DNA of 64,000 bases from Balanoglossus misakiensis (taxonomy: Eukaryota > Animalia > Hemichordata). The translations under genes were made by a program, and so were the position numbers. The notes beneath the pieces are model-generated. The model was not told where the DNA came from, ran no database searches, and was given only the letters and a program-made list of their open reading frames with translations. The stretch spans positions 11,849,166-11,913,165 of the forward strand of contig CM082578.2 of assembly GCA_040954595.2 (NCBI GenBank), written 5' to 3'. Each line of letters opens with the position of its first letter. Within the stretch, counting starts at the first letter, position 1. Shown here piece by piece: positions 20,498 to 35,400 of this stretch.

Positions 20498-23400
20498 ATG
20501 GCGAACGTGAAGATAAACAAGAAACGGTGCCAAGTTGAAGAGAGGACACAAGACATCATGAAAAAACTACAAAACGGCATTTTCACACCAGAAGACTTTT
20601 GCGAAGCAACCAACCACGTGATCACACTGGCCGAGAACGGTAAGCGCAGTGTTCTCGTACACGCTGTGGTCGATGGAGGAGTCAGTAAAAATGGTGTCAA
20701 AGATCGCGCACCCCACCGCTTTTCGTGGGTTGTTCGGCGTGTGCGACCTTTCCCTTCAGAACATACCGACGTACTGTATCTGTTCAAGCAAAACGACTGG
20801 GTCTGGCGACGACCCAAAGTTGGTCGTCAAGGCACTTGCGTGTTTGGAGTGCATAGTGGTAACACCACGTGCAGAACTCCTGTGGACAACAAGATCTGAA
20901 GTTTAAGAGAAAACAGAACTTTTTATACTTGACTGTTAATGTATTGCGAGTAGATTCCTGTAGCTTTTTTTCCAGTAATGCATATATGGACTATTTTGTG
21001 GAAAAAATGAGAGCTGCATAAAGGCTTGCTTTTAGCAAAAGGACTTCCGAGAGGTCGCTTGCTTTAGGCGCCTGATTTGGTACTACTGAATACCCGTGGT
21101 TTTCATTGTCGTTCTCTTTTCGTTCGAATTTCATCACCATCTCAACTGTTCGTTCAGATCGCAGCATCAAGGTCCTTGAAGAACTAGAAGGCCATGCAAT
21201 CATATTGGACGTGATGAGGAGTCTAAAAACAGACAGCCATACACAAAAGGTAAACCTTATTGACTACAGTCCCTTCATACACAGTGGGGCGACTGTGGCT
21301 GGTACTACACTATTAAAGTGTATTCCGATAAAAAAAATCATGAAAGGTTCTACATGTACTTACATGTATCACCAAAGTTTGCCAGAACGTGCGCGCATTA
21401 ATATTAGTCACACGCAGAACTGGTTTCACATCATTCAGGCTGAATGAAGTGACTCCCGATTTTGTATGTTTCAGGTCGGATGTGCGGCACTGTCGACGTT
21501 TATGCGAAGAAGCGACCGACTTCGACGGCTGGTTGCTTCAAGTAAAGCAGACAGGTATTAAAAAGATCCGAGGAATTCTCCAATTTACAAAGACTTGAAC
21601 GGGCAACACCCTTGTTGTTTGCACCTTTACGTCGATCTTAAATTAAAGGCGCACCTTATCACATACATACATACAGACAGACAGACGTTCACTTGAATAG
21701 GAGTAGTTTTACGATAAGGGCAGCTATATATTGAATTTTCCGAAAATGTGTACTCTGTCGTATCACACTTTTTGTGGACGATCAAAACAACAAAGCACTC
21801 GTCCTATGCCGAAAATGTGTAAACGTATATATATGACCCAATGTTTGTTTCTATTCTGCAGTCGAGTGGTGCAGGTTATCGATGACTTTTCGGAAGACGT
21901 GGGCACTCTCACAGCAGCGTTCGAAACGACCAGTCTTTTGGCTACTGATGGTAGGTCGTGCAAGTGGATAATCACAGTTTATTTTACTGCCACAATTACC
22001 GCCAAAAGTTTAAAGTTTAACAAGAAATTCAGAATAACTCAACAAGAAATTGCCATGTGCAGAACAGTTACAAATATCACGGTCTCTGAAGAAAGGTACC
22101 CAGCACATACCCTAGAATGTCTGAACGCCACATAAGACATAAGACACATGCGCATTTTGTTTTCTTCGCAGAGCGGTGTCGGAAACGGATGCTAGACAGA
22201 ACCGTCCGGGAGTCCGTCATACAGGCAATGGGCAAGTTCAAAGATGACGTCTACTTACAAACACAGGCATGCGCAGCGCTTGCGGAGCTCCTCAGACACG
22301 GTAGGTGGTGCTTTCCATAGTTGACATCCAGTAACCAATAAGGTTGCCTATATAGCAAATGGGTAATGGCCCGAAATGTGGATTTGTACTCTTCGCGATT
22401 TACAAATCGACGTATCATTTTCCTAAACAGAATTCTCCGTTTCTGTACACAGATATTAACCTGCAGTTAGAGGTACTTGTATCCGTCGACTACAGATATA
22501 TCGTCACAGCTATTGAGATGCACTACGAATCGCTACCATTGCTAGAGCAGGCGTTCAGAGCCTTAGCAGTTCTTGCGAGTGCAGGTATGCCTATACAAGT
22601 ACATCATTGCTATTTGGTTAATTCCACCATGACCGTCAAAATATGGATGCAAACATTTCATAGTATTCTATGCTATTCTTTTACACGTAATTGTGCGGTT
22701 ATATTTGGTTTGGTTTGGTTGTTTGGTCGGTTGATTGGCCACCGAACGTTAATGATAATGATCCCTGTCTTTCATTCAGTGGACAATGCCACGTACTTCC
22801 ATAGTGAGCGTGTTCATAAAGTTATCACCGAGACGCTAAGGAAGATACCAGATGCAGTTTCAGTGCTGGCGACGGGATACGAGCTGCTTAATCTACTGGC
22901 TTCTGGTTCCGGTAGGTCCCCCCCCCCTCACCCCCATCTGCAATTTGCGATTTATGCATCCTTTAAAACTTAAAACTTGGCGGAGATGTTGTCTAACTCT
23001 TGCATTTGCCATCATTTTCTTACCTTGTTCAGCCGGGTTACTTTTTATCTTTATTAATCTTAATATTACCTCTTGTCTTAGATGATATTCGTGACGAAGT
23101 CTTGGCTTCTGAAGTCTTCCACATTGTGGCCGATATGAGACGATATCACAATGACGTCGGTTTTCAAATTGTTGCATGTCAGCTGATCACCACTCTAGCG
23201 TATGATTGTAAGTATTTCTTTCTGCTAAAAAGCACACATGGCCTACACACATGTTCATGCTAACTCGTTAACTCCAACAAGAGTTCAGCCCAATGAACGA
23301 ATAAATAACTGCATTTTTAACTTCGTGTTGTTTTTTACATCACAGGTAAATCACAGCATCTTCTCGAATCACAGGAGTCATCCAGAGTGGTATTCAACGC

Positions 23401-26400
23401 TATGCACAGATTTCCCAACGATGCTGAACTTCAAATAGTTGCTTTCGGTACCTTAGAAAGATTAGGTAGGTGCGAGAGTCTTTGTACCGATCTTTAAAAT
23501 TATTTTTCGCAGAAGAATATTCACAGACAATCGCACATGCGTGTGTTTGTATTCGTGTCGCAATTAATGATTAAGAATATACGTTGTACCTTTTCGGTTC
23601 CAGGAGAAGCGATCCTTCAGAAGGTGTCCAGAAATGAATGTATTCAGAAACAAGACTGGCTATGCGATATTCACACGGCCACGACGGACCACAAGGAAAA
23701 TGCCGACGTTCAGGTATAGTTCAGGAATTTGGTCTGATTGCTGATATTAATGGGATGGAATGGAACGCTAACTTTTTTGGTTCAGGGCGCATTTAAACTA
23801 CATGTATGGAGGATACAGTGAACGTTTGCATATACCCTCAGTGGTCGTGGTTTGCCTGTCTCATGTTTTTTCCCGTCTCTCTACAGGAAGCGGCGTGTCG
23901 TGCACTCTGCAAACTTCTGCAACTGCGACCAGAGGTTACAGACAGAATAGGCGAAGACGAAGACGCCGACCAGTAAGTTCCGTTTGTATCTACGTCCATG
24001 TTACAAAGTGCACGTGTACATTGGTTTTCTCTTTGGTATATGGGATAAGTCGTACACTTAGCTAAAGGTCTAAGGTCGGAAAAAAAGACTGTATCAGTGT
24101 TTAGTGAAATAGAAACATTCTAACGATCGATGAAATGGTGAGTGGCACCTCTTTCTCCCTTTAAACCATGCATGAGGGATTGTGGGAATAAACCGCCACA
24201 TATCTCTGACTCAGGTAAAACATTCATTACAGGCAACCGATACATCTGGATTTATTCGAGAGTTTAATGTATTTCGAAACCGAACAACATGAAAATGTCC
24301 AACACTTGGCTTACTCTGCAATTAACGATATCATTAAGAGAAATGGTAAGTTTTTATCAGTATATATCAATTTAAACTGTTTAATTTTATTTCACGCTCT
24401 ACCCATACCGTCACTATGGCAATTGCTCCATCTGGAGACACAGAATTTTCAAAAAACGCTCAAATCCACTGGAATATACCTCACATTCGTTCATCTTATT
24501 CTTTCACTCTATAAAAGTGGAGATCGGGGTGAGACTGATTGAAGTGGGGGTCTACGTTCCCCTCCTGAAGGCTCTGGAAACATTCAGACCAAGCAGAGAA
24601 GTACAGTACATGGCGTGTAAGGTCCTGGGACGCTTGGCCGAATGCAGGTAGGTTTTTGTTGCAAATTCTAAACGAATGAAACGAACTGATTATATTCAAG
24701 TTCAATCTGAAATGTAATTTTTAATTTCTTATGAAAGACTGAAATGTCCACGATTAAACTTTCTCAAATCATACTCTCCTGATTTTTTTTAGTCAACGAC
24801 GAGAGAAAGAGAGACTCTCAAACTCCTCGTTACTTCTGAAGAACATTTCCAAGACGTTTTCCTCGTACAACAACGACTTAGATATTGTCGAAGAGGTTAT
24901 GAAGTTGATGGCCTGTCTTGTTGTTGTGGGTAGGTGACATAACTGTACCGATCTCCCATTGCTCGAACTTTTTGAAACCCTCACTGATCAAAACCGGAGT
25001 TGACCATAGGCCCAATCAGAGAAGAAAAAAATGTCTCCAGCGAGAATTTAAGCTATTCTGAATTGAAAGCCGCTGTCAAGAAGAGGCAAAGAATCCCGTT
25101 GTTGTTCTTGTCTCCACCTCTGAATCGATTCGTATGTTTTCGTTTCAGATGAAGTCAGTTCTGCGCTGAAAGAACCTGACACATTGGCAGCTGTTGTTGA
25201 GTGCATGGAATGGTACATGCAATGTAAAGGTAAGAATCTATCTGTCCGTCTGTCTCTCTGTCTGTCTCTCTGTCCATGCGGTATCATGTTCATCGAACTA
25301 ACACTGTGTAAATATCAGTTGTTCAACAGAATGGTCTGGTATTACTAAGGCAGTGGATTGACAAGGACTGGCTGAATGGCGGGCCGGAGTCGCGTCTCTC
25401 ATTGGTACCACGATTAGTTTTCCGTGCGATGGGAACTTTTGAAGAGAGCTATGACTTGCAGTTTGAGGTATAAATAGGAATGTGATTCCATCAGTTGAAA
25501 CTGTTGTTGGCAGCATCAATCGAGGTCATAGCTGCCGCCGTTGCAAGTTATTCGTGTTTAAGGAATCTGATGACCGCTATTTTCACGATTTTTATCTTTC
25601 TGATTTTGACGGAGAGTACACTCAACCCTGCTGACAACTTTTGTGCGTTTTTTTCACGTACAGGCGTGGAAAACCATCGAGGTTCTGCTTGAACTGTCTC
25701 CGGAAATGGAGAAAAGTCTTCACGAAGAGGCTTCCCACAAGAAACTCATCGAGAATTTATTAAAATACGAAGAAGACACACGTAAGCATCGCTCTATCAT
25801 TCCACACTTGCCAGTATATATGGTTCAAAATATCGCATGGCTTTACGTGGTAAAAGATAAATATGACACAATTAAGCCTACTAATAAAAACTCTCTACTA
25901 TTCTCGTTTTTTTGCGACAGAACTCATTAACTTGGCACGCACGTGTACCAGTCAGATGCAGGACACCAAAGACCAAATGCTACTTTTAAAGAGTAAAAGT
26001 GATTGTTTACGGGTAAGTCCTGATATTGTACAAGCGATTTTGTACGAAGACCGATTTCACACATGTCACACGCCGAGTTTGTTTACGTATACAACATTGT
26101 AGCAATTTTTCGTATGTACGCGCGCGCGCTCTGAAATCAACTGAGTTTGAACGAGTTGTTTCGTGTCACGACGTCTGCTCCGTTTTCGTGGATAAAACGA
26201 CACGAATATTTCCCCTGTTGGCCTAGAATTGCACATATCGTAAGGATTGAGCGCTATAGAAACTGCAGATATCGTGGAACAGGAAGGTTGGTGGTTTTTT
26301 AATGGAAATAATGTCCTCTGAGTTATGCCAGTGGACTGCCCTTGCGTGTCTGCCAGGTCTTCGCATTCATCGGAAGCTATAGTGCGTCGCTGAGCTGCGA

Positions 26401-29400
26401 CTCTTCATATTAACGAAAAGTATGTCAAAGTGGTACCAAATATAACATTTCCAGAGATTTAGAAGTCTGTAGATTTTATGGTAGGTGTCCATTTAGTTTT
26501 AAAGTCACATTGAACTGCCAAAATTTAGTGTTAAAGTCACGTTGAACTGCCAAAATTTATCACATCACCGGCAACACGTGTGCACATGTCGTGCGACACT
26601 GTGTCCTTCGATATGAACCATACAACTAGACGGTAAACGTTTATGCAGTGGACTACATGTAATGTTTTAAAACTGGTCGACAGTCAGGAAGTATGCATGA
26701 ACAATCGATCGATTGGATTGGATAACCATATTATGTTATCTTGTGATTTTTTGTGGTGAAACTGTGAAAATCGACAGGCTGCATGCATTGAATGCATTGC
26801 CGGGTTTTCTGCACATGCGCATTTCCTCTGTCTCGAATGAAAAGTCAAATTTTATTTCAGCACCAAAACGGTTGCCATAGAAACATGTGTTCACAAAAAG
26901 GATATTATTTTCTGTGCAAAGATTCCCCAATGGTGAAATTTTCGTGGAAATCGGACCTATTATTATTATTTTTATATAATTCTTAATTTAATTATTAGAT
27001 TATACACACAAGTATACGATATGAAACAGAATGAATAAAATAGTTCAATGTACAGAAGACCAGCATTATTTCAAAACACTTTTCTGACAAAGATCATGAT
27101 TTATTTTTCTATTGTAGGATGTCAAATGCTTGATAGCACTGGGCGCTGATGTCAATGTTGGCAGCAATAGGAATACGCCACTTTGTCACGCTTGCAACAG
27201 AAATGACACAGAAATGATCCGAGTGATGTTGAAGCAGGTAAACAGAACAGTAGGCATGGTGGCGCTGTTTGCTTCTTCTTCTGGCATGGTTTCAGCACAG
27301 CCACCACAGAAATTTTCTTTTAGGGCATAGCTCTATGTATAAAATTTGTCATGATGTCAGCTAGTCAGCACAGCAAAGATATTTGTTTGTTTGTTTGTTT
27401 GTTTCAACTCAATTTACTTCGGTATTTTCAACTCAGTGCTGATTAAGACAATATTACCAATTTTCCCACCTTTTCCACCTTTATACAGAAATGTAATCAT
27501 GTCAAGACGGCACTGAAGATATGTCTAGAAAATCAGACGTACGACATCGTTGGCATGTTGCTAGAACACATTGGCATCGAGAAACAAGGTAAAGTTAATA
27601 GAACAAGTACATGTATATATTTCTTCTATTCGTATTAAAAATGTAGTAGTACTGTCAGTTTATGCAGATTAATTTTTACACGGAGCGTTGACAAATTCGT
27701 GTGGATTTTTTTTAAGCTGGCAGCATTTCTTGGAATGGCCTCGATTTGGATCTTTTGGACGTCAGGTGGTTTGATTCGTTCCAACGGAGGAATCGTTCAG
27801 CGACTGCATCAGGTATGGATGTTTAGCAACTTTTGGCGGGCTTTTGAGTCCCTGTGAAAATAGGCATGTGCACCAGCGTCAACTTCAACGTCAGATTTAC
27901 GTTCGCAGTGTGAAAAAACTGAATCAGACTCATATGTCAATATAGTGAGTTGCATGTCACCTTTTTCCACTTCGAAGGAAACGTTACACCAGATACAGAT
28001 TGGGTAGATGGGCCTAATTTCACACCGTCATTCACGTCTGTCACGACACTGGACTTGTCTCGCAACGGTCTGACACAATTACCGGACGATTTGGCAGAGG
28101 TAAGTATATCAAATTCGTAATATTGTGAAATGATTACAATTTAAGCACCATTGGGATTCGAATGATGAGGTCAACCGTTACCTTTTTTCACTTGCAGTCC
28201 TTGCCAAATCTAGAGGATATCGATTTGAGAGGCAATAAATTTCCCAGACTTCCGTCCTGCTTGCTGAGAATGGAACGGCTGCATATCCTAGACATGTCTT
28301 CAAATCTGGTGAGTGTGCAAAATGTGTCTTGCTCCTCAATTTGCCATGCTATCAAAAGACATGGCAGTTTATATCAACAATAACTGTTATCTTTCAAAGA
28401 AAAACATAAAACTTACACATACTTGTATCTGCTCTGAAATGATTCATGCACTTTCATACTGATCACTATCCCTTCTCTCCCGTCAATTTGTCAGATCGAC
28501 GATAGGAACGGTCTTCACTGCGAAATTTCGCCGTCGCTTCTGCAGCTGAACCTTTCAAAGAATATCTTGAAGAGTGTCCCGAAGTTTCTTACCGAATGTC
28601 TACCAGAATTGGAAATACTGATACTGTCCGAGTAAGACTTTTTAAAGCATATTTGCAGATAGTGACAGACGTTCACTTTGGTGGCCACACGTCGAATAAA
28701 TCGCATGGCCGTTCGTCAGAAGACAGACACGCTCTTTCAACCATATATGGGCATAACATGTAAATTAGAGGTGATTCTTTCCCTGGTTGTCATTTGCTGA
28801 CTCCGGTAACTGCTCCTTTTCAGGAACCAGATTGACAGAGTACGCACGTGTCCATTGAGAAAGCTTCGAATGTTAGACTTGTCGAGGAACAAACTGCAAG
28901 AGCTTCCCGAATCTTTCCTATCGGAACTGCCATCTTTAGGAACACTTGACTTGGAGTCAAATAAACTCAGTAAGTCCAGATTTCAGATTTGTTTTTTGTT
29001 TTATCTCCAGACCTTGTGGGATGTTATCTTAAAGTATATAGACAGGTCTATAATGCTTGCTGCATTTCACGTGTGCTTAACTTTTTTCGCGTTGCGTTGC
29101 AGAATCGCTGCCACCCAAAGCTGCCGAGAAACTGTCCAGTCTGAAAACAGTGAAACTGTCTCATAATCGATTAGCAACGAGTGCTCCAGACTTTCTGCCA
29201 AGATTCCTCTTGAACTTACCAAAGTAAGTACCATAATGCACCGAGATTTATCTTGATTCTGTTTTATTTGATATCTTGAAAATGAGACCATGGGCAAGAT
29301 AAAATGTATTGCGCGATGCTGTTCCAGAAAGTGGTAACACTTATCTTTGAAGGGATTTTACATTAACCTTTCCAGCGAGGCTGCTATATGTAGCTATGAG

Positions 29401-32400
29401 TTTAAAGAGACGTTTTCCTTATAGCGTCAATGTCTGATTGTGTTCTGTTTCCTCATCTATGCTCTAACAGTTTACAAATACTGGATATTAGACACAATGG
29501 TCTTGAAGGTGTTCCGCCGCCGATAGCATGGAAAACCTACAGCCTAGAGGACATACAACTGTCGAACAATAACATCAGACAGGTATGAGCAAGTTTCTTT
29601 AAGTCGATTTACATTTTGATCAACGTACATACATACATACCACTGTCGTACTTTGTGTTTCATTCACGCCATCTGTCTTGGTGTTTTAGTACAAGTGGTT
29701 ATATTGACAAACAACTACCTGTTTCAATTTTCAGCTGAACATCAGTGAGGGGATAGAGAAATGGCAGTCTCTGCGAAAGCTCTGCATCAGTTACAATAAA
29801 TTAAAAGAGGTAACTTAAACTTAACAATCTACGTATCTCACCGGGGTATCTCACCAGCTTCAATGCTAAAACCTCAACCTTACCTGATTCAAAATAGATC
29901 TTGCTCTATTTTGGTGTTTTGTTTCTATGTTCCCATACACGTTGGACACCGAAGACATTGCGTTTTTGTGTGTCTATCAGGCCTCGGTCTATGTTCTAGA
30001 CGATGTCAAAACCGTGTTTCTGCTTTCCGCATTCAAGTTATTTGCATACACTCACCTGTAGGTGCCAAAAGAACTGGGTCAAATCACATCTCTGACGTCA
30101 CTGGATTTCAGCTGCAATTACTCAATACGCAAGCTACCGGATGAGTTGGGCACATTATCAAATATCTGGGAGGTAAATGGTTACATAAATTACCTTCATA
30201 TACATAGCACGTACATATATGGGCCCATGCAGGGACCCGCCAGGCCTTCCTAGAATGTGTATGTTACAAATGTGTAAAGTACATGCACTTAAGATAAGTA
30301 GACAATCGATATACATCTAGGTAAAATGGGTGTACCGATGAATATATTGATGTATGGATTAACTGTTAATGTATACGGGCAGAACACAAGCACATTCATT
30401 TCAGAATGCATAACCATATTGTAACTTTGCTGTTGTTGCTTGACAGCTGCATTTGGACGGTTTGAAATTAGATTTAGACACCATCCTACCAAAAGACTGT
30501 ACGGCAAAGGATAAAATTGCATTTCTTCGCGGAAGGCTTAAAAAGGTAAGGTATTAATTTTCGTGTAAATATTCACTTGTATTTCAGTTCAATTGGGCCT
30601 AGCGTTTACATCAAGTGCAATGCCCATGGTTAAACTTAAAGGGTGTGATTAAGCCTTCTAATGCGGCGTCGAACTCTTATTTGCATGGCCACACAAGTCA
30701 GAAGCTGTGATTGGCCAGGCGCCATGACAACTAATGGCTAAATTTGCATCTTCTTGTAATTCTTTAGGATGTACCGAACACTCGAATGAAACTGATGATT
30801 GTCGGTCTGGCTGGCCGTGGAAAGACAACGCTCCGAAAATGTTTACAAAAGAAGCGAATGTCATCCAATAACCTGGCAACTGTTGGCGTGGAAGTAGAGG
30901 AATGGACGAAGAAGAAAGGAATCATCGAGTAATTATTGAATTCCTTGTATTTTTGTTTATTATCGAGCAATTAAGTAGAGTCTTTCATGTTTTGCCGGGC
31001 TGACTCAGAAGAAGGCCCCGCTGCACCAAGATCGTAAGTTATTGCAAACACACTGCACTGCAGATTATTTGGAAAACTTACTTCGAACATTACACACTCA
31101 CTCCTAATGTGTATTGCCTTGTCGTTTCAGTAAATTATCGAAGACGGGTATTAAACACGAGAAGTATTGCTTGAGTACATGGGACTTTGCCGGCCAGGAG
31201 GATTTCCACAGTACACACCCCATATTTCTTTCAGACAGATCATTGTATTTGGTAAGTGAGTTTTAACAAGTAGTGATGATGATAATACACAGCTATGGTC
31301 ATCTCCACTCATTGTCAGAGTAAAACGAATTTCACTGTCGCCCGACAGTTACTATTTATGTTTTGTTTGATTTCTGGTACAGGTGGTGTATGACCTGACT
31401 AGAGGTCCCGAGGAGACCAAGACTCTGAGACCATGGTTACTGACCATTCATGCAAGATCACCTGGATGTCCTGTGATTATAGTAGGAACTCATGCAGACA
31501 AGGTTCCTGAAGGTGAGAATATAAAACACTAAGTGCGATGCCATTGTTATATGGTTGGTTGGTCACTAGTTTCTGATGGATCGCTGGATGTGATGGCAAC
31601 ATTTTTTTGGTCTCGTCTTTTTTTTAGAGGGGAAGGAGGAATACATGAAAGAAATACGTAAACGTATCAAGGAGTTATATGCATCGCACGAATTCCCCAA
31701 CATCAACCTCAAGGGATTCTTCGAGATTTGTGCAACCAGCTACAACGAGGAGGTGAAAGAACTGAAGCGATGCATATTTGAAGTCATTGACAAGTGAGTA
31801 TTGCACCTCTTTCATAATTTCAAGAAGTTGTTTGCTAATTAACAGGGAAGGGTATATATAATATGTCTAAGTTTAGCCATTGAACTAAATCCACTGAAGG
31901 TTTTTTTTTATTTTAATGCAACTATTCTCCTAAAAGGCTGTAAGATCTGATACTTATTTTTTTCAGTTACAAGATCGGAAGAGAGCCCGTCATTGGCCAA
32001 ATGATACCACAGAGTTATGTTGTAAGTAATATATATTCTGTATTCAGAGGTGACAAGTTGAAGATACAAACCGACGAATATTGAGACCTTCTTTTCGTTG
32101 TGCTGCCACTAATATAACCGTCAATTGAATGTAGCAGCATGCATTCTCCAAACGATTCTCTCTGTTCCATTACTGACAATGCCATCTTTTTTATCACAGC
32201 AACTTCAAGAAATCATTCTCGAGAGCGCCAAAACGAAACACGTCCTGAACTATGACGAACTGGTTGGACTCGTCTGTGAAAAGGGTCTACAACTTGGAGA
32301 AACTGAACTGCCTCATGTAAGTACGCTTTATTTATTTATTTTTTTATTTATTTATTATTTCCTGACTTGCATAAAGTGAATGTAACAATGCCTCTTACCA

Positions 32401-35400
32401 TACTCACTTAATCTACCCTTTCAGGCCATACGGTTTTTACATCAGTCTGGCATATTGTTGCATTACGAAGATCCAGCATTGAACCTCAGAGACGTGTACT
32501 TCATTGATCCACAGTGGTTGTGTAAAATGATGGCCAAGATCGTCACGGTCAAAGAGATCAATCCCTTCATCGATGAGAATGGGGTAAGTAAAATTAAAGT
32601 AATGAAAAATCCACGTTCCACGTTTAAGGTTCATCGGCATTAAGCGGTCCATTTATTGCCTTTAATTTCCAAAACTTTGACATCTTAGTGAACTCGTATC
32701 ATCATTAGTCTTTGTGTTCTAAGTGTCGTAAATCATTTTATTTTGAAGGTTCTGAAGAAGTCGCATCTTTCCATACTCTTAAAGGATTCCGATTTCTCAA
32801 TTGAAGCATACCAAGGCTTGATGCAGAAGTGAGTAAACCCTGCAATGCATGACATCCTTGCACCTCTGATTACAATTAAATGTTGGTTGCGATTCTCGCA
32901 GAGAATCTGACATTGTGGAACGCTAATCTCCAGGTGATGGAAGTACCAGTACATGTACCAATCTTATAACTCTTCATACTCTTTACTCTCGGTGTTTCAG
33001 ATTTGAAATAGCTGTCCCCAAAGATGAAAATGAACTTCTTATCCCAAGCAAGATGTCCATGGAGAGACCTGATATCGATCTTGATGAAATTGACGGAAAT
33101 GGTAAGTATTCGAAACACAATCGTTATTATGGGGTTTGTGGGATCACACTTATTTAAAAAACTGCTACGAACATTGTAGATATAGTGAGCGGATATTAAG
33201 TTGAAAATCTGATATTAACAATTTATAAAAATAAATCTGTTTATTTTAGGTTTGATAACCAGACGTTACAAGATGCAGTACATCCCGATCGGGTTCTGGT
33301 CCAAAGCTATCTCACGTCTGATAATGTTTTCACAAACTGTAATGGAAGAGGCAAGTTTTTATCTTTAGTTACACTCTGTCAGTTTAATCATCAGTGAAAG
33401 TTGTTAGTAATTATTATCAGAGTGTTTTTGGAATGTTGTTGGTCGTTCCTTACCGAAGACCTTTTCGTCAATTTAAATTATAAACAAACTTTTCATATCC
33501 ATAGGTCAAAGGTCAGCTAACATGCCATAAGTATTGGAGAGAAGGAATGTACGTGCGCTGGTCACAGGTAATTACTTAAATTGTTCTCCATCAGTATTCT
33601 TTTAGGTAAACTATATTTGTCATTACACATATTATTGAATTAGTCTCAGTCTAATTTGCCTGGCTGTCCAATAATCATTTATCCATGGATTTTTTTATTG
33701 ACGTTAATACACTCCGCTGATCATATTGAGAGAGAATGAATGTTGCAAATTATATAAAAATGATCACAATAGTGCTGATTTGTGTTCGAGACATTCATTT
33801 TCGCGTCACATATATTTACCATCTATATTCTTTTTAAAATTAGGCGGCCTTTGTTTTGTTAGAACAAATTTCAGAGGAGCCCAACTGTATTGACGTTATT
33901 GTCCCATACACTAGACAAGGGAAGAGGTAAGGCTTGATAAAAACAAAAGTATAATGATTGTCATGATACTGACTTCGGGTGGCCACAACACCATGCAATG
34001 TGTAACTTTGACTAAATTCGCAATATCAACCAGTATTGGCATATCAATGTAAATGCAACAATCCTCTTTGGAAGAGGTCATTCAGCTTAACATTATCTAG
34101 TCTGCATGGCATATCGCTGTTCTGATACCATCTTGAATTTTCCGGGGTGTTTTTTTGCGCAGGTTGTTGGGCTACGTGGTTGATCACGTGGATGACATCA
34201 TCGAAGAATGGTACCCGGGACTGGCTGAGCCTCTAGTTACTGGGGAGGAGTCCATCGTCAGGTCGTCTCTCTGTCCAAAATGTCAAGGTTTGTCAGATCA
34301 AAACGAGCTTCATAGAATATGTAAACCATGTGTGTTTAAAGATATAAAATCAAAATGAACCAAACCTTGTATAATGATAGCATCCACATGCGCCTAGCTT
34401 GTCATTTGCACAACTCTTTTGAGTAAATATATTTATTTACCATCTTATGTCATATTCGTTTTCAGGTGATGAAACTCATTACTTTAAACTTGAGGAACTT
34501 TCAAGGGTGTCTCATCAAAGTGACGTCATAGTTTGTCCCGGTGGAATCAAGAATATATCTCTGGACAGAATAGTGAGCATTTTAACTTTTTTAACAATTT
34601 TACTTGCAAAACTTGCAAACTAGTTTTAACACGCTGTTAATAAAGAGATTGAAACCAAGACATAATATGATAGTAACATCAAACTATTTTATTATTTCAC
34701 AGGCCCCGGATATAGTACTTGGTGACCTTGACACTCTGAAACTGGACAATTTTCACTTCCAACCTAGGTATGATTTCTTCTTCTCCAATTATTACTCTAA
34801 ATTGTATGGATTGTGTTACCGTACTGTCCCATAAACAACAGTTACTTCAGTTCATATCTACTCTCTCTCTCTCTCTGTTTTCTTCATTTAGTGACGACAC
34901 ACTTTTAGGAGATGGAGCATGTGGAAAAGTGTTTAAAGCAACGTATAATAACCAGGTAAGCGATGGTCCTCGGCTGATTTTAACAACAGTACATGACGTA
35001 AATCTGAATTTGCCTTTATTGATGACAAGTCTCTCATTTTTTTTGTAGGATGTGGCCGTGAAAGTGTTCCATACAGATATGATGGGCGAATTTCATGCTC
35101 ACAGGACTCTGCGGCAGGAGGTACAGTGAAAATCGTCATCAACATGCGAGTTCAGATGCATTGATTGATTAACTGACTGACTGATTGATTACTTCATTGA
35201 TTGATTGATTGATTGATCCTTTCATTTATTCATTCATTCATCCATCCATCTGTCCGTTCGGTCGTTCAATCATTCATTCATTCATTCGTTTGTTCGTTCT
35301 TCAGGTCACAGTGTTGAGAAGACTGTCGCACCTGAGCATTGTCTCGGTCGTCGGGGTGGCGCTGCGTCCGTGCCGAGTGTTGGTCATGGAGCTTGCCCCT

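Noticed and set aside
25230-25663. Apparent phase break suggesting the LRRK2-like gene is a pseudogene
   Set aside because: An intervening exon at 25319-25467 (phase 1 to 0) resolves it and the frame is intact.
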